From the NCBI GenBank assembly GCA_001792345.1, contig MGGJ01000009.1:3711-67710 (forward strand): 64,000 nucleotides of DNA, read 5' to 3'. This document shows positions 57,216-64,000 of the stretch, in pieces. The first letter of the stretch is position 1, and each line of letters begins with the position of its first letter. This stretch comes from Candidatus Woesebacteria bacterium RIFCSPHIGHO2_01_FULL_39_32 (GTDB taxonomy: Bacteria > Patescibacteriota > Microgenomatia > UBA8517). Under the pieces are notes generated by a model. The model had not been told where the DNA came from. It saw only the letters and a program-made list of their open reading frames with translations, and did no database searches. The position numbers were made by a program, and so were the translations under genes.

Positions 57216-58008
57216 ATGCCTGGTAGGCTTTAAAACCTTTACTCCAAACCCAGTTCATGAAAAACCATAAAACAATAATCCAAAAAATAGCGACTACAAT
57301 TCCTTTGAAAAGTAAAATCCCTGTAACTTTCCCTAGATAAACTTGTAGTGGAAAGAAAATTATATATGGAAAAGGTGTAAAACTTAAAACATTTTGTATG
57401 TTAACGGGAAGTATATCCAAAGGAAATAGAGATCCTGAAAGAAACTCGACTAATATCACCGTAACCAAAAAATGCCCTCCCCAACCCATTTCGGGTGCCC
57501 AAAAAGGAATCGCATTTACAATAAATAAAAGTAAAAAATATGTAAGGATTGCCAAACCTATACTTATTAAAAATAAGGTTATTTGAACTGGATTAGTTTG
57601 GAAATAAAAGGGTGGCTTTAATATTAAATACAGCAGGATAAACTCCCCAACTGCAAAAATTAAATTCAAGGTCTTACTCGATATATCTCTTGTCAACCAA
57701 TATTTGAAATAATTCACAGGTTTGAGTAAGTAATTTATGATCTCTCCTCTAGCAATTTCTCCCGCAACATCCTGCGCTCTTGCCGATAAAACAAAAGCTT
57801 TAATAAATATTAAACCAAAAACATAGGTTAGGATTCTATCTCTGTCGTATCCGAAAAGTACACTTTCCCGAAAAGAAAAAACAGTATCCCACAAAAAAAA
57901 TACAACAAAAATTTGTAAGACATTTCTCACTCTCCACATTACAAAGCTCAGTGGATAAGCGAATTCTTGTTGGAAAGAAATCTTAAAAACTTGGAGATAT
58001 TTATTCAT
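57205..58008 (-). CDS. ABC-2 family permease (DUF990-like)
   Basis: I..GE...YLLKP and SG..FPLD motifs; multi-TM. Confidence 0.88.
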   Translation of the reverse strand: MNKYLQVFKISFQQEFAYPLSFVMWRVRNVLQIFVVFFLWDTVFSFRESVLFGYDRDRILTYVFGLIFIKAFVLSARAQDVAGEIARGEIINYLLKPVNYFKYWLTRDISSKTLNLIFAVGEFILLYLILKPPFYFQTNPVQITLFLISIGLAILTYFLLLFIVNAIPFWAPEMGWGGHFLVTVILVEFLSGSLFPLDILPVNIQNVLSFTPFPYIIFFPLQVYLGKVTGILLFKGIVVAIFWIIVLWFFMNWVWSKGFKAYQAYGR

Positions 58009-59024
58009 GACTTTTTCTTAACAGTCTCACCTTTAAAGACACGACGGATAATGTCTTCAATGGGCTCTTCTTCGATTGTCAGATCAGCAACAGGAAAGTT
58101 TTGAAGTAGTTCGGAAGCAGCAACAGCTGATGCTTCACGAGGAACTCTGATGATTGCCTGCGGATAATCATATTTTTTTACTTTTCCAATCTCTGAGAAT
58201 TTTTTAATGTCCGCCGGTTTGTCAAGATAAACTTTAATGATCTTTTCTCTAGCAAATTGCCCAACCAGTTCCTTCAAATCTCCATCAAAAAGTATTTCAC
58301 CTTTATAAACAACGATTACACGTTTTGCTAAGTCAATAAGATCATCCATATTATGGGAGGTTAACATTATTGTGGCTTTAAAGCGGCGGTTGTAATCAAA
58401 AATAAAATCACGTACTTTCTGTTGAGCGACAACGTCCAAACCAATTGTCGGCTCATCAAGAAATAATACCTTTGGTTTGTGAAGTAGGGCTGCGACCAAT
58501 TCAAGTCTCATTCGCTGACCCAGAGAAAGCCTTCTAACTTGAGTATTAAGTAATTTTTTTACCTCAAGAATTGTTGTCAATTCCTCAAGATTCTCTTTAA
58601 ATTTGTTATCGGGTATCTCATAAATTGCCTTATTTAATTCGAATGTGTCTATTGCCGGAAGATCCCACCAAAGCTGATTCTTTTGTCCCATAACCAAAGA
58701 AATTTGTTTTAAAAATTCAGGGCGTCTCACCCAAGGATCAAAACCCAAGACTTGAACAAAGCCGGAAGACGGATAAAGAAGTCCTGAAAGAATTTTTAAA
58801 GTTGTTGTTTTACCCGCACCATTTGGACCGATAAAACCAATCAGTTCTCCTTGTGAAATAGAAAATGAAATAGATTTGAGTGCACGAACAGTCTTTTTAG
58901 TGGGCACAATCAGAGTTTGCAGACTTCCAATTAAACCTGATTTTTTCTCCGTAATTTCAAAGTTTTTTGCTAAACGCTCAACAATTATGGCTTTTTCAAA
59001 TTCTTCCCTTTCAGACTTACCCAT
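58005..59024 (-). CDS. ABC transporter ATP-binding protein
   Basis: GPNGAGKTT, LSLGQRMR and LDEPTIGLD motifs. Confidence 0.95.
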   Translation of the reverse strand: MGKSEREEFEKAIIVERLAKNFEITEKKSGLIGSLQTLIVPTKKTVRALKSISFSISQGELIGFIGPNGAGKTTTLKILSGLLYPSSGFVQVLGFDPWVRRPEFLKQISLVMGQKNQLWWDLPAIDTFELNKAIYEIPDNKFKENLEELTTILEVKKLLNTQVRRLSLGQRMRLELVAALLHKPKVLFLDEPTIGLDVVAQQKVRDFIFDYNRRFKATIMLTSHNMDDLIDLAKRVIVVYKGEILFDGDLKELVGQFAREKIIKVYLDKPADIKKFSEIGKVKKYDYPQAIIRVPREASAVAASELLQNFPVADLTIEEEPIEDIIRRVFKGETVKKKS

Positions 59025-59057
59025 AAGTGAATTATACAATGAAGAGACTCGTTGGAG

Positions 59058-59348
59058 TTAGCGAGTGACCTGTCTTTTTAATCTCTTACCTGGGGTGAAA
59101 CGAGGAGAAAGATGAGGCTTTATGGTAACCATTTTATCAGTCTCCGGAATCTTGACAGTTTTTCCTTTCATCCTAATTACTCTAAATGTTCCAAATCCGG
59201 AAAGAACTACTTTTGTATCTACTCCCTTTGCTAGAAACCTGCCTATCTCGTTTAAAAATACATCAACTGCTTCAGACCCTGCTCTTTTAGTTAAATGCGC
59301 CTTTCGGGAAACTACATCGACTAATTCTCTTTTTGTGATTTTCGCCAT
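59058..59348 (-). CDS. hup: HU/IHF family DNA-binding protein
   Basis: TK.EL, GFGTF and P.F.PGK.LK motifs. Confidence 0.9.
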   Translation of the reverse strand: MAKITKRELVDVVSRKAHLTKRAGSEAVDVFLNEIGRFLAKGVDTKVVLSGFGTFRVIRMKGKTVKIPETDKMVTIKPHLSPRFTPGKRLKRQVTR

Positions 59349-59455
59349 ATTTTAAATGTAGAAAAAGGATACCCTAACGTATAAATTATGTCAAGCAGGT
59401 GGTGTTTTCCGCAGCTTACCCGACACCGTCTTTTTTACATAACTTCCTTTTACTT

Positions 59456-60733
59456 TTACTTCGCAGCAGTTGTATCTGTTGCTCTTACTTCCCGAATTGC
59501 GGTAACTTTAATCTGGCCTGCATATTCCGCTTCTTTTTCAAGCTTTTTCGCGATATCGTGAGCCAAAACTGTTAGCGCGTCGTCGTCTACCTCTTCTGGA
59601 GAAACAACTACCCTGACGTCACGACCAGCTTGAAATGCATAAGCTTCTGCAACTCCCTGAAATGTTTTAACAATCTCCTCTATCTTTTCCATCCTCTTCA
59701 CATAATCCTCATGCGGTTCATAGCGAGCTCCAGGTCGGGAACCTGAAATTGCGTCCGCAATCCAAACCACAATAGACTCAACTGAAGAAAAGGATTTATC
59801 TTCATGATGTTCAGCAACAGCTGCGACCACCTCTTTCGGAAAACCATGTCGCTTTAAAACTGTAACTCCCGCATCAACGTGGGTCCCTTCCTCCTCGGTT
59901 ACGACTTTTCCAATGTCATGTAGTAAACACCCCAAACGCACTGTTTCAATATTTGCACCGATTTCGGAAGCTATAGCAATTCCTATTTTTGTCTCTTCAA
60001 TTGTATGGAGACCTAAATTTTGTCCGTATGAAGTTCGGAATTTGTACCTACCAATAAGCATCAGGATGTCCGTCGGGAGGTTATATACCCCGCATTCGGC
60101 CGAAATTTTTCTTCCTTCTTCCAATAAAACGTCATCCATTTGAGTTTTAACTTGACGAACAACTTCCTCAATTCGCGAAGGCTGAATGCGGGTGTCTTTG
60201 ATAAGAATTTCAAGAGCTCTTTTTGCGCTTTCCCTCCTAACCGAATCAAAAGAAGAAAGACGAATTTCATTAGTTTCGTCTAGTTCGAGTTCGACTCCGG
60301 TTTCACGCTCGAAAGCGCGAATATTTCGCCCCTCTTTTCCAATAATTCTACCCTTAACTTCTTCGTTCGGAACAGCTATAGTCGAAACGGTATATTCTGC
60401 AACATAGGAAGTTGCGCCATGCTTCATGGCATCGGCCAGAATTTCCTTCGCACGCTCGTTGGCTTCCTGTCGAACTCTTTCTTCGGCCGAGCGAATTCTC
60501 TTTGCAATATCTCCTTTTAAATCTCTTTCAACCTCTTCCAGAAGCACTTTCTTTGCTTCATCAATAGTCATCTTAGAAGCCCTTTGAAGCTTTTCTAGAA
60601 GATCTTCCTGTCGTTTTTTCAGTTGAGTTTCTTTACGTTGTAATTCTTCTCGCTCACGTTTTATTTCTCCGACTAATATTTTGATATCGTCTGTAGCCAT
60701 AATTTTTTTAGGAGAAAAGGAAGTCCCGCTCAA
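59456..60733 (-). CDS. rny: Ribonuclease Y (no N-terminal TM anchor)
   Basis: KGRIIGKEGRNIR (KH), RTSYGQN, LHDIGK and ADAISG.RPGAR motifs. Start is TTG 60733 or ATG 60700. Confidence 0.95.
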   Translation of the reverse strand: MSGTSFSPKKIMATDDIKILVGEIKREREELQRKETQLKKRQEDLLEKLQRASKMTIDEAKKVLLEEVERDLKGDIAKRIRSAEERVRQEANERAKEILADAMKHGATSYVAEYTVSTIAVPNEEVKGRIIGKEGRNIRAFERETGVELELDETNEIRLSSFDSVRRESAKRALEILIKDTRIQPSRIEEVVRQVKTQMDDVLLEEGRKISAECGVYNLPTDILMLIGRYKFRTSYGQNLGLHTIEETKIGIAIASEIGANIETVRLGCLLHDIGKVVTEEEGTHVDAGVTVLKRHGFPKEVVAAVAEHHEDKSFSSVESIVVWIADAISGSRPGARYEPHEDYVKRMEKIEEIVKTFQGVAEAYAFQAGRDVRVVVSPEEVDDDALTVLAHDIAKKLEKEAEYAGQIKVTAIREVRATDTTAAK

Positions 60734-60811
60734 ATATTAAGCGGCGAGGCTGTATAAGTTACTCTAAAAAAGGTCGTAACAACCATATTTTCTAATCTCC
60801 TACATTGAATT

Positions 60812-61444
60812 TTACACACTATCGTTAAATTCGTCAATTCTTTTTATTGCTGTTTTTATTGTTTCCCAGCCAAATCCGTGTCGGGCTAAATATTCAGACA
60901 TCTTTTTACGAGCGGTGGAATCATCTAACTTTTCCCATATATATTTCTTCTTTTCTATCAGTTTTTTGGCTTGGGCTACCTCATCTATATTTGCCTCATC
61001 TAAAACTTCGTTGATGATTTCCTTTTTTATTCCCTTACTTATTAATTCATAATTTAGAATTCTTTTCGACTTTGGCCGAAACGTCTGCCTTTGATCTACC
61101 CACCATGCAGCAAATTTTTTATCATTCAAAAAATCCAAGCGCTTTAGTCTATTGAAGAGCTCTTCATGAAGACTTTTGTGAACTTTGTGCTTTCTCAACC
61201 AATATATATATTCATTCTCGCTTCTTGGACGCAAGCTGCCGAATCTTAAAATCTTATCGTAAATTTGTTGAAATTCTCCTTCTCTGACTATCTTCTCTAT
61301 CTTTTCTTCGGATAGCTCCTGTTCAACCTTCAAACCTAGTTTTACAAAAGTCTCCAAATCCAACCCAAATCCATATTTATCATCTAGATAAATATTAACC
61401 CTTTTACCATTCCTTTGAGGTTTAACAGAAGTAATAGTTGGCAT
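60812..61444 (-). CDS. recX: Regulatory protein RecX
   Basis: RPRSE.E, LND..FA, EL..KGI and L.R.GF motifs; downstream of recA. Confidence 0.92.
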   Translation of the reverse strand: MPTITSVKPQRNGKRVNIYLDDKYGFGLDLETFVKLGLKVEQELSEEKIEKIVREGEFQQIYDKILRFGSLRPRSENEYIYWLRKHKVHKSLHEELFNRLKRLDFLNDKKFAAWWVDQRQTFRPKSKRILNYELISKGIKKEIINEVLDEANIDEVAQAKKLIEKKKYIWEKLDDSTARKKMSEYLARHGFGWETIKTAIKRIDEFNDSV

Positions 61445-61472
61445 CAATTAATATTAACTTGTACGGGAACGT

Positions 61473-61575
61473 AACTCAAAATTCAAATGTCGAAAGTCAA
61501 ATCTAAAAGCCTTGAAAATTTTAAGTTAAGGGTTTAAAGTTGTGGTTTTGAAATTTGAGTTTTGCACTTTGAGTT
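61473..61575. repeat. Imperfect inverted array of 7-bp repeats (long hairpin) between recA and recX
   Basis: AACTCAA AATTCAA ATGTCGA AAGTCAA ... TTGAAAT TTGAGTT TTGCACT TTGAGTT. Confidence 0.7.
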
Positions 61576-61580
61576 AAATT

Positions 61581-62663
61581 CTATTCTTCTTTCTCTTCCC
61601 CAATCTCTTTCGGTACTTTTTTTCCTGCCGCAACTGCTTCTCGAATCCTTCTTTCAATTTCTTCTGCTAGTTTTTTATCATCACGGATTGCCATTTTAGC
61701 TCCTTCCCGTCCCTGAGCCAAAGGCTTGCCATCATAATTGAAAAAGGAGCCCTTTTTCTCAATCAAAGCAAGGTCGACTGCAACATCTAAAAGCCCGCCA
61801 GTTTTAGAAATTCCTTCTTCATTCATTATGTCAAATTCAGCTACTCTCAAGGGTGGGGCAACTTTATTTTTGACAATCCTTGCACGATGACGCGAACCGA
61901 TAACTGTGTCTCCATCTTTGAGTACTTCAATGCGTCGAACATCGATTCTTACAGATGAATAAAACTTTAGGGCAAGTCCACCCGGTGTCGTTTCAGGATT
62001 ACCAAACATTACTCCAATTTTTTGGCGAAGTTGATTTGTAAAAATTAGAACGGTTTTTGATTTAGAAATTGCACCGGTTAACTTCCGTAGCGCTTGACTC
62101 ATAAGACGGGCTTGCAAGCCCATTACCGCATCTCCCATCTCCCCTTCCAGCTCGGCACGGGGAACAAGTGCGGCAACTGAGTCAACAACTATGACATCGA
62201 GCCCTCCCGAACGTATTAAAGTTTCGGTAATCTCTAAAGCTTGTTCTCCTGTATCGGGCTGTGACATCAATAAATCGTCTAAATTAACTCCTATTGTTTC
62301 AGCTCGTTCCGGATCTAGCGCGTGTTCGGCATCGATAAACGCACACTGTCCTCCCCGTTTTTGTGCCTCGGCAATAACATGTAGTGCTAGGGTAGTTTTT
62401 CCCGAAGCTTCTGGCCCATAGATTTCTACTATACGACCCCTCGGAAGTCCGCCGACACCAAGTGCCAAGTCGATTGCGATTGATCCAGTCGGGATTGTGT
62501 CGACTTTATAACGTTCATCCATCCTTTCACCCAACTTCATAATTGAGCCTTTACCATACTGCTTCTCGATCTGTTCCATCGCAAGTTTGATTGCTGCAAG
62601 TTTTCCTGAAGTATCTGTCTTTTGTTCCGGAGCTTTTACTTCTTCCTTTTTAGGACGTGCCAT
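61581..62663 (-). CDS. recA: Recombinase RecA
   Basis: [25 protein letters not shown] and ETTPGG.ALKFY motifs. Confidence 0.98.
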   Translation of the reverse strand: MARPKKEEVKAPEQKTDTSGKLAAIKLAMEQIEKQYGKGSIMKLGERMDERYKVDTIPTGSIAIDLALGVGGLPRGRIVEIYGPEASGKTTLALHVIAEAQKRGGQCAFIDAEHALDPERAETIGVNLDDLLMSQPDTGEQALEITETLIRSGGLDVIVVDSVAALVPRAELEGEMGDAVMGLQARLMSQALRKLTGAISKSKTVLIFTNQLRQKIGVMFGNPETTPGGLALKFYSSVRIDVRRIEVLKDGDTVIGSRHRARIVKNKVAPPLRVAEFDIMNEEGISKTGGLLDVAVDLALIEKKGSFFNYDGKPLAQGREGAKMAIRDDKKLAEEIERRIREAVAAGKKVPKEIGEEKEE

Positions 62664-62729
62664 TTGTTATCTTATAGCATCGTTTATAGTAAAATACAAG
62701 ATATAATTATCCGATAGAATTTAAGAAAT

Positions 62730-63047
62730 ATGAAAGTAATACTTCAAAACGCAATCACTTTAAACGGATTAATTGCCGGAAAAAACCATGATACAAGCTG
62801 GGTATCTGATGCTGATTGGGAAAACTTCATGAATTTGGTAAAAAGAATTGGTGTAATGATTATAGGAAGAGTTACATATGACGTGATGAAAAAGGAAGGA
62901 GAACTTAAAAATTATTCGTATATTTTAACGGTGGTTATGACTGGAAATCGTAAACTGGAAAAGGAAGATAAAAATTTAATCATTAGCTCAAAATCTCCTA
63001 AACAAATACTGGAATTTTTAAAAAAACGTTATCCAACTTCATTATAA
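62730..63047 (+). pseudogene. Truncated dihydrofolate-reductase/RibD C-terminal family protein
   Basis: AITLNGLIA and IGRVTY motifs are present, but the ORF stops at 105 aa before the GG motif and C-terminal strands. Confidence 0.65.
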
Positions 63048-63056
63048 AGTTAAGAA

Positions 63057-63581
63057 ATGAAAAATTACAAATTTTGTCCATATTGCGGAAAGCCTTCAAA
63101 AAAATATAAGGAATATTTTGCGTGTACAAATTGCGGCAAGGTAGTTTATCTCAATTCGTATCCTACAGCGTCGGCATTTATTGTAGAAAACTCAAAATAT
63201 CTAATTTCCAAACGCGCAATAGAACCCAGCAAAGGAAAATATGACGTAGTCGGAGGATTTTTAAAGGAGGGAGAAACTCCTGAAAAAGGTTTAAGAAGAG
63301 AATTTAGAGAAGAAACAGGTTCATCCGTAAAAATAATTGATCTCTTGGGAATTTACTTGGGTAAATACGATTACCAAGGAGATATTATAACTACATTCAA
63401 CGTTTGCTATATTGCAAAATTAACAAATCCTAAAATCGACCCCCGCGATGATGTGGCTTCTTTTCATTGGTTCCCAATTAATAAAATTCCGAAAAACTTG
63501 TCAGACCCATGGCTAGCAAAAGCACTAAAAGATCTCCAGATTTGGTATGCCAAACAACAAAAAATTAAAACTAATCATTGA
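63057..63581 (+). CDS. NUDIX hydrolase with N-terminal zinc ribbon
   Basis: FCPYCG...CTNCG; Nudix box GGFLKEGETPEKGLRREFREETG. Confidence 0.93.
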   Translation: MKNYKFCPYCGKPSKKYKEYFACTNCGKVVYLNSYPTASAFIVENSKYLISKRAIEPSKGKYDVVGGFLKEGETPEKGLRREFREETGSSVKIIDLLGIYLGKYDYQGDIITTFNVCYIAKLTNPKIDPRDDVASFHWFPINKIPKNLSDPWLAKALKDLQIWYAKQQKIKTNH

Positions 63582-64000
63582 ACTCGTTCCCGCCTCTTCT
63601 TGGCAAAATAATTTAAGAAGTCTACTTAAACCCCAAATGTGGGAGAATTTAAGAAAAGAAGTCTACAAAAAAAATAATTACAAGTGTGTTATTTGTGGCG
63701 CCGGGGAAAAATTACACGCTCATGAAGTTTGGGAATATGATGATGAAAAACATATTCAAAAACTTGTTAACTTAATAGCCATTTGTTCCAAATGCCACGC
63801 AGTCGAACATATTGGTCTTGCCGGGATTCAAGCGAGTCAAGGAAAAGTAAATTTTGAAAATTTAGTAAAGCATTTTATGAAGGTAAATAATTGCGATCGC
63901 GAAACCTTTGAAAAACACCAAAAAGAAGCTTTCAAAAAATTCGAAGAAAGAAGTCGGTTCGACTGGGGGTTAGATTTATCTAACTATAAAAATAGATTAA
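63547..64000 (+). CDS. HNH endonuclease-like protein, partial (runs off the window end)
   Basis: Not in the ORF track. MPNNKKLKLIIELVPASSWQNNLRS...KCVICG...LHAHEVWEY...AICSKCHAVEH, open to 64000. Confidence 0.85.
   Translation, partial: MPNNKKLKLIIELVPASSWQNNLRSLLKPQMWENLRKEVYKKNNYKCVICGAGEKLHAHEVWEYDDEKHIQKLVNLIAICSKCHAVEHIGLAGIQASQGKVNFENLVKHFMKVNNCDRETFEKHQKEAFKKFEERSRFDWGLDLSNYKNRL

Noticed and set aside
1776-62421. Numerous 60-160 aa ORFs nested in or antisense to long genes
   Set aside because: Shadow ORFs with no motifs, overlapping confidently identified genes.

Overview
A gene-dense, AT-rich bacterial chromosome segment. The inferred source is a Patescibacteria/CPR organism, probably Microgenomates-like, based on gene content, few Shine-Dalgarno sites and CPR-style small repeats. 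It uses standard code 11 (TGA is stop). Housekeeping genes include gltX, an archaeal-type aspS, rel, recJ, cca, secDF, nth, dtd, comM/yifB, glgP, miaA, HU, rny, recX and recA. The window also holds the RNase P RNA gene, a type IV pilus locus with an adjacent large M23 peptidase, a Phd/PIN toxin-antitoxin pair and an ABC exporter. No tRNA, rRNA, CRISPR array, integrase or transposase was recognised. Three regions stand out. (1) A candidate small-molecule signalling cassette at 32.4-37.7 kb: LuxI/FeeM-like N-acyltransferase, divergent Rv1355c/OxzB-like ThiF adenylase, 7TM histidine kinase and stand-alone receiver. (2) An ultrashort-Stem-I T-box riboswitch with an Asn (AAC) specifier and an intrinsic terminator, controlling an AspRS fused to a YbaK/ProXp editing domain. 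(3) A STAND-like ATPase-wHTH regulator divergent from two small acidic peptide genes. A structured leader RNA before a DUF5679 gene, in-frame repeat insertions in recJ and cca, and frequent leaderless gene starts were also seen. All family calls come from reading motifs by eye; no database searches were run.
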